From contig NC_087251.1 of assembly GCF_037042905.1 (NCBI RefSeq), positions 47,990,001 to 48,054,000 of the forward strand: DNA of 64,000 nt, written 5' to 3'. The notes under the pieces are model-generated. The model was not told where the DNA came from and searched no databases. It was given only the letters and a program-made list of their open reading frames with translations. How positions within the stretch are numbered: position 1 is the first letter of the stretch; every line of letters begins with the position of its first letter. Source of the stretch: Lytechinus pictus. Lineage: Eukaryota. The translations under genes and the position numbers were made by a program. Positions 51,101-64,000 of the stretch are shown piece after piece.

Positions 51101-54100
51101 CGACCGCCCAATACTCATCAGTGAACCGCCCTCTGTATGGGAGCAGGAACATGTGTATATTAAACAAAATATCAGGCTTTGAGAAAGTATAGTGGAATTA
51201 TTTATCCGAGGTTGGTCTGGCAATTACTATTTTTCATGAGAGACAAAAATATAGTAGTTTTTGCCAGTCCAACTGAGGATAGATAATTCCACTATACTTT
51301 CTCAAAGCCTGATATATTTGTTTATTATACACGCTATGCTTTCGAACGAAATGCCTGATTTATTTGTTTTATATCCTACTTTTAATAATTCAGAACAAAA
51401 ATCTATGCGCTGAGCTCGCAGATTCCGGTTATTTGCATTGAATGACCTACTTTTGCTCAAGCCACCGCGCTCAGCGGAACGCAGATTGGTGCCTGCGCCG
51501 ACGCATCTCGGGACTTGCTCGGGAGAGAGAGCTCGCTGACCGGTGCACCCAAGAGTTTAGCTAAATATCAAGTTTTCTGAAATAATGATGTCAGAATATT
51601 GGTATAGCAAAAAATATAATTGAGGTCTGACGTCACGCAACATCATAGTTAAAATATGTTTGGTCACATGATGCTATTTGAACCAATCACTACAGGATTG
51701 AATCTACATGTATGTAGGATATAATGTGCATTATTAAACTATGAATATAAAATGGTTGTGTGTTTATCAGCAAGAAACAGACGAAACCAAAATCTTCCAT
51801 TTTGTTTACAGCTTTTAGATTTTTCTCACGCATACAGCTGTTTAATTTAATATAATTGTGATATGACTGATAAGATTATATCTGATTTTGAGTTGGATTT
51901 AATCCAAAGGCAGTGCCTTAGTGGTATTTGTGCTGTACTTGGCCTAAATGAATTATCTTGTGCTTTACTGTGAAAGAGAACTATTGAACTGTAATGCAAA
52001 AAGGGATATTTGCAGAGCGATCATTGATATGACTTTCATTGGAGCTAGTGTTATTGCTTGTTTTGTCTTCATTTATAAATTCATTTTAAGTAATGTGTAT
52101 ATAACACAAATCAATAAAGCCTAAAACAAATAATACAACTGTTGTAGGGTTTTTGTCTCACCTACATAGCACAGTTAAACTACAGGTGCTGCTTTTCCAA
52201 CGGCAGCAGAGACATTCGCCTAGGTTTTTCAAACCATATTCATCTGTTTGTCTATACTTCATAACCATTATATTCATGTTTCATGGACTAAGGTTTTATA
52301 TTTCCCAAATTAACTTGAAAAAATTGAAATCTGCACTTTGGTTTTAAGTTTTTGATGTTGATACCACAACATGGTCAAAGTTCATTGACACTATTAAAAT
52401 GACCTTTGACCTTGATCATGAAACCTCATACCAATTGATCAGTGACACTTGCTTATCCATGTTTCATGAACTGGGTATGATGAGATCTAATAACAAACTT
52501 AACCTTGGTTAAGAAGTATAGGGCAGTAAGCCATTTTCTCTCAGATTTCAATTCAGATAGAAAATGAAAGACTGTTAGTGCAAAAATTGCAATGGACCTG
52601 ATTGTAATCAAGTAAAATTTATAGATATTTTATTTCCTGGGATATATATGGATATTCTTTCCTTGGAGCTGAATGATGTATTTCTGACTGGTAACAGTTA
52701 TGATTTTTTAAGGTTGTCAAAAGTAAGTTTTTAAGGAAAATTATGATATGAAAAGTATGAAGAATATTGTACCTTTTTTTAATTGCTGGTATTTCCCAAA
52801 TCCTTGTTTAAGAATGAATTGCAAAAGACATTGAGGTAAATTCTTAGAATTCGTTATTTTGCTCAGATGGTTCATTAGTAAATATTGTGTTACACCTTTT
52901 TTGGCTACTTTTATTTATTATTGTACCAATTTCATATACTCCTCGAGTCCTCTCTCTCTCCCTCACTCCCCTGCCTCTCTATTCTCTTTCTCTCCTCGAG
53001 CTCTCACTTCCCTCTCTTCTCTGTCTCCTCTACCACCTCCCCTCCCCCACTCACTTTCTCTCTTCTCCCCCCCACCCCCTCTATGTGGTTCTTCTATGTG
53101 GTGCAAACAGCCATTGAAAGGAGCTTTCACAAGAGGTTGTGTGACCATTTGGTTGCATGATATTTTGCGCATGATAGCATTGCTCACAAACGATCAAACA
53201 ACCAATTGTGACAGCCCCTTCTTATACACATGTACATCTGGTGAACTTCATAAAATGTTTGTTTAAAGTAATCAACCTGATTCCGCAATTGCTTCAGCCA
53301 ATTAATGGAACAATCTTTCAATTATCCCCGTATCTAAAAGTTCTTATTAAAGATGTAAGAAACATTTGAAAATTAATAGATGAATTACATTTAGCCTTGC
53401 CAATTTGAAGTAATAATCTATTTTTGCTTTGTGAATGGTGTAACATGTTTTTCATGCATTGCGTTCTTAATGCATTAATCATTAAAATATGCAAATAGAA
53501 TTTGCGACAAAATATGTAGCACATTGTCAGAAAATACTTTCAATCAAATTTAAAGTGTGATCAAATGTTTGTTCATTTTTTGAAATTCACGTTTGTAAAA
53601 AAAAAAAAAAAATGAAGTATCCCTATTTCAAAATTAATTTATATCCGGAATGTTGCAAAGTGCATTGATGTTGAGTTATTCACTATGAATGAGACCTATA
53701 AACGATTTTTCTTTTGGATTATGGTAAATTTGTTGATTTTACCAAGCTTACTTACATTTAGGTGGATATTAAAAATATTTCATCTGAAAATAACGGGATA
53801 AGTCAGCATGCTGCTATTGGTATTGTAAACTATTCTTTTTCTTAAAGAGGAGTAAAAAATTGCCAAAAATTTCAGTCTTATTTTGCAACATTTCACCCCC
53901 TTAAAAAATATCTGCATGCCAAAATAGAACATTGTTCTTGAAAGTTCTCTAAGTTTGGATTATATAGTATTTCGGTTTTACTAATTTTATACAGTACAAA
54001 AAAGAGTAATCCACATGACGAACATTGATAATTCAAATAAAATAAAAAGAAATCCTTAGCATTTTGATATCACTTGTCTCTCTGAATAAATTGGTATGGA

Positions 54101-54128
54101 ATACTTTCAGTACCCATTACTAATCTAA

Positions 54129-54518
54129 GGCCCGTATTCTGAAGTCGGGTTTAACTTTAACCTCAGTCTAAGTTAAACTAGAGTCTAACTAATCCACACT
54201 TAGACCGCGGGTCCAGTCTAACTCCAGTTTAGCGCAATTTGTGTTTCTGAAACTCTGTTTTAGTTAAACCCCGGGTTTAAGTTGCATTTGCTCTCCCCGC
54301 CGCAAGGCAGCCAGCAGATCAGCCATTTTGAAAGTTAAACCATGGTTTAAACTACCCCTAGGCGGAATCTAAATTTTGCGCAAGATAGACTCGACTTAGA
54401 CCGGGGTTTTAAGTTAAACCAGACTTCAGAAAGTGAATTCTTAACCCGCGGTCTAAAGTGAGATTTAGACTGGAGTTAGACCGAGGTTTAAGTTAAACCC
54501 GACTTCAGAATACGGGCC
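54129..54518. mobile_element. MITE with TIR GGCCCGTATTCTGAAGTCGGGTTTAACTT (PIF/Harbinger-like)
   Basis: TIR of about 35 bp, near perfect; many internal TAGACC/TAAACC subrepeats. Confidence 0.8.
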
Positions 54519-56111
54519 GAAGTTGCTAAGAGCTGGGGGTTTCAGGAACAATGTCTTTGGTTTGCAAAAAAACAAAAAGGTTCGTTGACGTATGCTCCTG
54601 CGACAATTGCTCTTCTGGAAAAATCCAGACATGAAGCCAACCATGGCAGTACACAGAGTCCTTTTTCGGGGGGGGGGGGGGGAGAAGCATACTACAAATT
54701 TTGAAGAAAGCAAGGGAGCAAAGTGACCAAGCTTTTCATTTTGTCATTGGGGGCACTTTTGCATTTTTAAAAAGTGAAATTGAAGGATTTAGGGCCTTTT
54801 TCAGGTGAATTTGTGAAAATTTTCAGTAAAAAAAATTATGTGGGGGGGGGGGGACACGGCCATGACCCTAACCTCTGAACGAAAACCCTATTGGGGGGGG
54901 GGGGCAATTGTTGCAGGAGCAAATGTCAAGGAACCTTTGTATTACTGCAAAATGGATACAAAAAGGGGGGGGGGAAATCACAGGAAAAGGAAAGGGAAGA
55001 TCACAATGGATAACACAAATGAGCAACACTGGGATGCAAGAATATCATTTTCAAGGGATTTAATTTTCTCAAAGATATGTACACATGCAAAAAAAAATGA
55101 CCAGCAGCCAAGAAGATTCATTCAAGTAAAGAAGTTACCTTAGCTACTGACTGCTTGATTCCATGGAGCAAAACCCCAACCCTCACAATGGCCAGCAGCC
55201 TGATTTGAACTGGGTTCTCCTTGACAAAAACCACACAATACAGGACACCACTACCAACAATCCTCTTTTCAAGTGCACAGAGAGGGGCACTAGACACTGC
55301 CATGCAATGATATACCCCATCTTATAATGTAGGTGCTTTTTCTTCAAGTTTTATGATACTGTGTAAGTAATAGTATGCAAGACAATGCAAAAAATAATCC
55401 CATTTTCTTTTACCTAACCCTATTCATTTAATCTGCTCCCCCCTTGACAAGTTTACCTGTTAATCCACTAATTGTTTTCTCTCCATACTTCCCTGTACTA
55501 TCCACCTAGGAGAGTGTTTCAGGAAGGCTTTTTTGTCAGTGATTATCACAAACAGATGTTATAAGCTTCTGTAAATCATCGTATCTGATTGGTTGAGAGT
55601 AAATTAGTGATAATCACTAACAAAAGTGAAAAGCTCCCCATATCTGTCCACTTTCCATCATTTCTCATCCTTTCAACATTTATTATCCATGACTGGTATT
55701 ACAATGTTCTATGGGATTAATTCAATTTTGCAAATAAATACACCCTCTTCTGTACATGACACAATTGTGATTCTCCAAACTTCAACGAATAATGCATGTT
55801 GGTCATTATTTAGAAATAAACCAAACATGGAATAGTATAATTTGTTTTTGTTGTTTCTTTTCTTTGTTTTTCTAATCAAAATCTTTTATGTATTCACCAT
55901 CATACAAGAACCACATGTTTGCTTGCATTATGCATCCATCATGCAACCATGAACTCTGAGAGATCAGGCGAGGCACCGACAATGATAGATAGATCTAATA
56001 AGGTTAAACCCTTAACATAGGCTTGTCCTGAGGGAGTGCACTTCACATCACACAATGGTTTAATAATGACCCATCAATCATGACAGTACAATGCATGTAT
56101 CCTAGTCATGA

Positions 56112-56560
56112 AGTGCAATGTCAAATTTCAGAGACGGCACCCAATGAAATTTCAAAAATCCTTTAAAGACTGGGATGTTGGAAGACAGTTTTTTTAAGCC
56201 AAAGGTTCCTTGACAGTGAACAATCTACCAGCAGAAGCAATGTCAAATTTCAGAAAGAGCACCTTATACTATGTTCAAAATTCCTTCCAGACTGGGATGT
56301 AGGAAAGTAGGAAACCATTTCTTTCCCAAAAGGGCCATAAAGAAGCAATGTGAAATTCCTGAGATGGCATCATGGCACCCAATAAAATTTCCAGAACTCA
56401 TTCCAGACGTGGGTAGGAAATCGTCCTTTAGTTTAGCCAAAGGGTCAATAAGAAACAGTGCCAAATTTCTGAGATGGCATCCAATAAAATTCCCAGAACT
56501 CATTCCAGACTTGATATATGAAACCTTTAGCCAAAGGGTCATTGACAATGGGCACAGTCG
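56112..56560 (+). repeat. Four diverged tandem units of about 110-120 bp
   Basis: GCAATGTCAAATTTC-like starts near 56115, 56237, 56345 and 56458; repeated peptide WHPIKFPELIPD in ORF 56271..56624. Confidence 0.7.
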
Positions 56561-57068
56561 AAAAGAAGAGGCCATCCTCCAATCCTTCAAACAGAAACTT
56601 ACGAAACTAGATTACTTTGACTAGAAATCCCCAAGAGCCTACCACACTTATTCAAGAATGCTGGTTTCCAAGGAATTACAAGCCTCTTTCATTGATCATC
56701 ATGGCCGGGACTTGGGGGGTCTCAAAGAATTGTTCTGGCTCCTCATCATAGGACATGTCAATATCCTTTGAATGACAACTGGATCAGTCGGTCAGATATA
56801 CTAAGTTCCATAAAATGCCTTGCCAAATAAAGCCATGTCCCTACCACAGGATAGCACTTTAGAAGTTACCTAAGGAAAGCAGTCTAGACAATTGAATGAT
56901 TGAAAACATAACTTGGAGAATTCAGAAGGCTGATCATCAGGTGGATCACAGCCCTATCCACAGATGGGAAGGTGAATGAATAGACAGACACCACCTCTTG
57001 TCAAGCTCCAGGACTTGGTTGAAAAACTTCAGCTTTCTTGAGACACAATCAGAAGGACCCCCGACCAA

Positions 57069-57438
57069 GGAGGAGCCGTGGTGTAGTGGTTTCGACTCTG
57101 GCCTTGTGAACAGAGGGTCGTGTGTTTGAATCCCACCGCGGTATGGTGTCCTTTGGCAAGGCATCAATCCAGACTTTGCCACTCTAGACCCAGGTGCTAA
57201 ATGGGTACTCGGTAGGATGTGAAAGTCATCGTAGCTTGTCCAATAATGTGTGCGCCTCACCGGTGACTGACTGGAATACTCCCGAGGGAGTGGAGGATGT
57301 GCACACACTGTTGTGCAGGAATGACTGATTGAATCCGATGACGGGGGTAATAATATATTGGTAAAGTGCTTTGACACGTCGTTTCCGATGTATAAGCGCT
57401 ATATACCGGTAAAGGCGGATTATTTTTATATCATTATT
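57069..57438 (+). mobile_element. tRNA-derived SINE (related family)
   Basis: A box TGGTGTAGTGG, degenerate B box, same central core, TAT-rich tail, ACCAA flanking duplication. Confidence 0.82.
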
Positions 57439-60400
57439 ACCAACACAGAAATGGAATGTCGACAAAATCTTCCAAGAATCAGAATTCAAACAAATGCTGT
57501 TATTCAAAACAGGTTGTACTTGCAGACCAAGACAGAAAATGCACCAGATGTACATGTGCAGCTTCCCTTTTGGTGACAATATTGTCGTGTTTACAGAGCA
57601 CAGAATGGTCTTGCTGACAATGACTTACCGAGAATCTAACTTCATCATAGTCAAATGAATCTAAAGATGTTTAGCATTTGAATTTGAATATCCCATAGAA
57701 AATCAGCTGAAAGAGAACACCACCCCTCTTGTTCTTGCAGTACTCGAGGATATCACAACATAACAGACTTCCACACACCAAAAACAAATAATTCAATATG
57801 CAGTTGAAACAAATATCCCTAAGTCAGCAATGCTCTCTTCAAATCGCAGGTCAACAGTTCATCTCTTCCTTTCTTTGTGCAGACACAAATGGTCCTGGGT
57901 TAATTCAAAGTGTAAACCAATCCTTCCTTGATCAAGCTTAATCAATGTTTCTGAGCCCCACAGCCGTCTTGACGATGTTTGATGAACATGCATAAGGCCC
58001 ATCATATATATATATATCCATAGGAGAAAAATAGAACCACTAAAACGCAAGGCTCTTGTATAACTGCTTGAAAACTAACAGACAATTGCTGACAAGAAAT
58101 GAGAAATTTGACATTGCACTTCTATAACTTCGATTCAAGACTAATATGTACTGCTGTGATTGATGGAGCATTTTTTTTTCTCTTTATACACATTGTGGAA
58201 GAACCATTAAAAGCACACAATCCTCATAAAAACGGGTAAGATGTGTATTTTTTACGACAGACAAACCTATATTGAGAATCAACCTTGATCATCACTATCT
58301 AAACATTCGTGCAGTCCACATTATCTCTTCACATTCATGATGTCATGATGGATACACACTCGGCACTCACACAAACCTTATATTTCTGGTGGTGCCATTA
58401 ACACTAGCACAAACCTGAAGTTCATCTAGGTTCATGGTGAAATCACCGCATAAATTTTTTAATAAAAAAAATAAATTATGTACAGAAAAGGGGAATAAAT
58501 ATATCGCAAAATAGAAAATATTTTCATACGGCTCTGCAACTGAAGTATGAGAATGAAGTATTTAAAAATTTATAAAGTCCTTTGTAAAAAAATTTGTTTG
58601 TGATTCTTCTTAGAACATTATAAAACCAGTCATGACGAATTTCATGTTGAAATGGTGTAAAAAGATGAATTTAATGTGGCAGCTACAGCAGATAGTATAG
58701 GGAGGTACAAGAGAGACTGCAATTAATGGATTGACAGCTAATACAAGTATTGTCAAGGTGAAAGTAGAGGGGAGGGTTTTGAATTCATGATATTGTTTTT
58801 ATAGATTTTCATGATAAGAATTTCATTCCAAATTTGAAAGGAAATGTCATGAATTTAAAAAGTGCAACTGAGGTAAACCCTCAATAAAAATCCAGATGTA
58901 GGAAAAATTTTACCCAAAATCTCTGTGATAGTTATTGCCCTCAGAAGACGATAATTGCTGAAAAACCGTTTGCATTGTCTCACATACTCTAGGCTACACA
59001 AAATATCATTTAAATCATCAAAAAAGCACTTACATTATATGGAAGTTGCATACCATACACAACAGTATCCAGTGCCCTTCTCTGCACACTGAAAATAGGT
59101 CTCTTGGTAATGGTGTCACTAATTGTGTGATTCTGGCAGGAAAATCTCAGCTCAAACCAGACAGGAAGCCATGTTTGCGAGGTCTAGGGCCTACTCCATC
59201 AATCAATGATGTCAACTGCTATGGTCCTCCAACTTGAATGAATCTTGTTGGCTGCTGGTCTTACATTTTTTCAAGGCAGAAAAAGAAAATAAAAATCATG
59301 AATAACAAAGCAAATATATAGTACAGACAATCATACACTTAAAGGCAGGTCCAAGCTATCTGGTATTACATGTGAAGTAAGATACAAATCAAAGGGGTGT
59401 TTCAAAAAACATAAATTTTCAAAGTTCAGTAACAAAATCAAATATGAGAAGTTGAACTATTTGTGAGGGGTTCAGTTTACTTCTTTTTTAGGTCTAATAG
59501 GTCTGATATTATGAACCTTTGTTGTTTTATAAATATGTTAATGACAGTAATTCCTCTGAAATATTGAATGCTATCATGTATACAAATGATATTAATGCTA
59601 ATCTTATTGATTGAATTAGTTAATAACAAAACTTTCCTTTCCTTGCTCGTTCTGTATGCCTATACAAATAGGTTAAACTTATAATATGGATATATAAATG
59701 GATATATGATATTCTATGGATTTGAAATACCCTTTATCTCTAATCTAGCAAATTAAAATAAATGAAATTCCATGTTCAAACTTTCTTTGGGTAATAGTGG
59801 ATAAAAATAGCATATCATATCCTTGAAAAATAACCATGTATAAAGGCATTGAAATGCAGGGTTAAAAAAAAGGAAAAAAAAAAAGATAAAACTGAATACC
59901 GGTAGGCAAAAACTCTGGAAAACCTTTGAATCCACTTTTGCAGAATAGTTTAAACTAAAAGAAAATATACACAAATACTATCTTTATCAAGATTAAGTTT
60001 CACCTATTAAAGTTAACACCAATAGTTCCCAAGGAATTTTGAGTTTTGTCAGTCCAGGGGAAGGGGGAGGGGGCATTATAGCCCCCTAAGATCTCGGCCC
60101 GGATCATTCAATCGCAACAAAATTAAGATACAAAATTGTATGACTAAATTTCACCAAATCTTTCTATTTCATTTTAGATGATGTTATTATGCTAATTTAT
60201 GTATGAAATCATATTTTTTACTCTTATTCATTAAATAAGGTTCATAGAATAGTAATTTTTGGTGTAAACATTTCTTATCGCATACCGGTACAAAAATAAA
60301 TCTCTTCTTTATTCATTTTTACGTTAATGTCTTATGTACTATGTTTTTTGTTTTTTTTTACAAAATTTGTCAGTGATGTTTTTTGGGGAAATAGAAGGAT

Positions 60401-61949
60401 CAAATTAAATGACTATTATTAATAAAAGCAAAAATAATCACTAATTTTTTAACTGTAGCTGAAAATTTTTTTTTGTTTTGACATGAAATCAAATTTTTTG
60501 GGAGCAATTTTGGGTCTGTTCCAAAGCACAAAATTTTGTGCAACTCTCGAACAGGGTAACATGGCAACAAAAAAATGTGCAAGACTCGAAAGAAAATAGT
60601 AATGAAAAGATGTGACGCGATCCTCTAAAGTTACAGATTATTCACGAATATCGAGAAGCCATAATGCACCCCCACCCAACCGGGACTATTAGGGTTAACT
60701 CCACAAATATCTTCTAGGCCTAATTACATAACATGTAGATAGACCCTTGACATTTGATTGGTTGTTTGATATTGATCATTCAGCCCATTTTAAAATCAAC
60801 CATGCAATTTTGGATCCATATGATTTTGTCCATTGCATGCGCGCACCAAGACAGCAGGCACCACAAAACCACTCGTGTTTGAAGTGCGTGTGTTGTATGT
60901 GCGCGATAATCAGCAGACCGAGCTCACAATGCATGACCATATATTTTGCATCAATATTCATAAATTTCATATGAAAAAAAAAAAATCAATTTTTAGGTGT
61001 CATATAAACCAAATGAACAATGTTCTTTTCATTCGTGCAATGGACAGAATATTTCATGAGGTGAAAGATGAAATGAATGATCCATTGCACTCATGAACAT
61101 TCATTATTTGTATATTACCAAATCATCTTAATTCTAAGCCTCACAGTTCTACTCCTTGTAACCATGCCCTACATAGCATGCATCCATTAATGAAATTACA
61201 GTTTTATTCAGATAGTTTAACCCCACTTTTAACTGGGATATTTCAGACCTGGCTCGGCCGCTAATAGCACGATCAAAGTGAAAATTTCAATCAATTAATT
61301 ATACAAATGAAGTGTATGAAATCATTTTTTTGCCTTTCACTCACTTTTAATAGCTAATGGAATGCTTCTAAAGTTTGCCAAAACATAATTAATTTCCTAT
61401 GTATTGTTTTGTGAATTTCTTATGTATTTTCTTTGTTTTTTCCACTTTTTTGATGAACTTTGTCAGTGAAACTTTGGTGATTATAAATGACATAAAATAG
61501 ATTCATTTTAAAACAGAAAAATTAAAAATAATCATACATAATATGATTTTTTGTTGAAATTACAATTTGCATTGACTTTGTACACAAAATTAAGGTTTTT
61601 GAGCAATATTGGTCTGACATGTACTAACAAAAACTAAAATTTTGACATCGCATACCTGGGCATCGCAAAATGGTCTCAAAAGATGGGCAAGACTTGAAAG
61701 TAAATAGTCAGCCAGCGGCACAGTGAAAAAAAATTTGTGTGGCGGCGTAGTCACAAAATTTGTCGAGAGGGGAATCAATATGACCCCCCCCCCCCCTCTA
61801 AAATCCCGAGTTAAAGAAGTGTTAAACTGTCTTCAAAGACATGATAGATTGGACCTGCTCATTAAGGCTACACAAAAGTCATAAAAACACATAAAAAATT
61901 GGTTCATGAGTAGAGAAACCATATCAAAAACACATAATTGAAAACGAGT

Positions 61950-63186
61950 GAAATGCCCCTGGCAGTCTCACCTGCATACACAAATCAATATAGCAGCAGT
62001 GTTGACTTTGTTACATTGAAATATCAAACATTTCTCTTTTGTTATTTATTTACCCTTTGATTATACATTACAATAATCCAAGGGCGGGAAGGGGCTATGC
62101 CACTCCTATCAGCTTGGGAATTCCATACTCATTTTATTACAGCCCAATGGAATGTGAAAGAAAAACTAGATGATTAATTCCTTAAACTTAAAAAAAAAAT
62201 CATTTATTTGATACTAAAGGGCTAATAAGTTCATTGACCTCAACTGACCTTTAACCTTGACTAGTAAACACATTGTTCCTTTATTTTGATTAAATACTTT
62301 TAAAATCATGAACAAGATATAGAGTTTTATCAGTTAATTGACCTGTATTGATCTTTGACCTTACAATATACTAAAAAAATTGATACCATCATATTCAAGT
62401 TTAACTGAATATTGAAGGAGTTAAGATTTCAAAATTAACTTGAGAATTCAAAGTCTTTGCTTTTGGTTGATTATTGAAAAGTTGATACCAGTTTAATGAT
62501 GCCCAAATAACATTAACAGTGACCTGAAATTACTCTTCTCCATTTGCTGATAATTGATTATCATTATATTTAAGCTTTAAGAAATAGAGACTTAAATTCA
62601 TTAAATGATCTTGAAAAATAAAAATATCAATGTTGGTTAACTATTTTAGGTTGATACCAAAACATGATCAAGGTTCAATGACCCTGATCATGTGAGCTGG
62701 AACTCATGCTAAATGATTATTGACAATTGATCACCTTTATGTCTAAGTTTGAACCTTATACTTAATGTTGTAATGTAATAAAGCAATGTTGACATTTTAA
62801 AATCTTGACCTTGCTTTTACAATTTCAAAGTTGACGACACCGCCCTGTCGGAAAAGTAGCGCCTGTCTCGCTTCTGCCATGACCTCAAATGACCTTGACC
62901 TTGTCTTGGAAACACATTTCTTATCATTAGTGATATCCAATAACAATCTGATATAAGTTTTATATAATTTGATTGATACTTTTGAAGACAATGAACAAAG
63001 CATCAATTTTCATGCAAATTGATCAAAATTTACTTTTGACCTTAACCAAAACATTATCATTCTTTAAATGATGATACCTGACAAACATTATATCCAAATA
63101 TAAAATATAGGATTTTAATGTTGATGCTGCCGCTGTCAGAAAAGCGGAGCCTATGTCTTGCTTCTGCTTTGCAAGCAAGACCAAAA
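61950..63186 (-). mobile_element. Decayed Helentron/DINE-like element(s)
   Basis: GGCAGTCTCACCTGCAT at about 61961 (inverted 3' end), TGACCTT motifs, 5'-end-like sequences near 62840-62875 and 63125-63185; a similar degenerate piece lies at about 52150-52520. Confidence 0.55.
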
Positions 63187-63272
63187 TTCATATTTGTTCA
63201 TATTCGTTGATATAAATTAAATTAATTTTGCACAAGATATTTATTGGAAATCACAAATGATGTTAAATAATG

Positions 63273-63583
63273 GGCCCGTATTCTGAAGTCGGGTTTATGT
63301 TAAACTCAGGTTTAAAGTTGTGGTGTAAGTATGGGAAGCCAAAAGTATCAAAAATTTTATTAAGTTGTATGTTTCTTATATTTACTGTGCTCTTTCCTGA
63401 TACATCGATGGTGAACACAATCATCTATTTATACTTCCTACACAATTATGAATGATTTGAGAGCCAAATGAGCTGAAGTATGATATCTCTACTGTTAGTG
63501 ATTTATGTAACAATTGGCTCGCCATACTTAAACCACAACTTTAAACCTGAGTTTAAGTTAAACCCGACTACAGAATACGGGCC
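63273..63583. mobile_element. MITE of the same TIR family (a further decayed copy at 5290-5640)
   Basis: GGCCCGTATTCTGAAGTCGGGTTTA ... TAAACCCGACTACAGAATACGGGCC. Confidence 0.8.
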
Positions 63584-63647
63584 ATAGTGTGTTTCTAAGT
63601 TGAGTGTTTCAATGGTTCAACATATTTTGCAAGTAGTAAAGTAATTT

Positions 63648-63940
63648 GTGACCAGCCAACCCAAAACCAATAATAAGTCACCCAAAATGAATTTTGAGAT
63701 TGAAGTTCTGGGTTCCCTCAAGCAATCTCAGTCAAACTTTTAAACTGTCTGCAAAACAAAAGTCAAATAAACTCTAGTATCTTATTTTCTATTTGAATTT
63801 ACAACTTGAAATTTTGACAGTATGAAGAAGAATTAAAGCTAATTTTTTTTTGTAATTTTTTGATGACCAAATGACTATTTTGGCTATTCCCTGCGAACCT
63901 TCCCTGGTGACTTATTATTGGTTTTGGGGTGGGTGGTCAC
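63648..63940. mobile_element. MITE with 4-bp TSD (Sola-like)
   Basis: TIR of about 34 bp GTGACCA.CCA.CCCAAAACCAATAATAAGTCACC; ATTT on both flanks. Confidence 0.7.
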
Positions 63941-64000
63941 ATTTGTTCAGAGGCCTATTGCACATGCTTGTAAAAGGGTCTTCAAAACTGCAGAGATGTC

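Noticed and set aside
51100..51125. CTGATGA near the Penelope remnant as a hammerhead ribozyme core
   Set aside because: On the antisense strand, with no properly placed GAAA or stem II.
55118..55303. Exon of a third intact gene
   Set aside because: No recognisable domain or consistent splice partners; its inverted homologue does not preserve the frame.

Overview
AT-rich, intron- and repeat-rich animal DNA, most likely an echinoid (sea urchin); this is inferred from the repeat types and a CAAGAAAGA histone downstream element. Two complete spliced genes lie head-to-head about 5.9 kb apart. NEK2 is on the minus strand (8 coding exons, 16797->3316, 450 aa; RVxF-like, KEN-box and C-terminal LR motifs). 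ATXN3/ataxin-3 is on the plus strand (8 coding exons, 22656->48850, 355 aa; Josephin C14/H119/N134 triad, UIMs, p97-binding motif, no polyQ). The rest is layered mobile DNA: three LINE remnants, tRNA-derived SINEs, four near-complete Helentron/DINE-like elements, and MITEs or deleted DNA transposons of piggyBac-, Kolobok-, pogo-, PIF/Harbinger-, hAT-, Mutator- and Sola-like type, several nested. The most striking observation is a replication-dependent-histone-type 3'-processing cassette (16-nt stem-loop, ACCA, 6-nt spacer, CAAGAAAGA) 31 nt after the stop codon of a transposase-like remnant inside a pogo-like element. Related cassettes occur in a second repeat family, and I found no histone gene in the window. 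All coordinates were read by eye, and transposon superfamily calls rest on terminal repeats and target-site duplications, not database searches.
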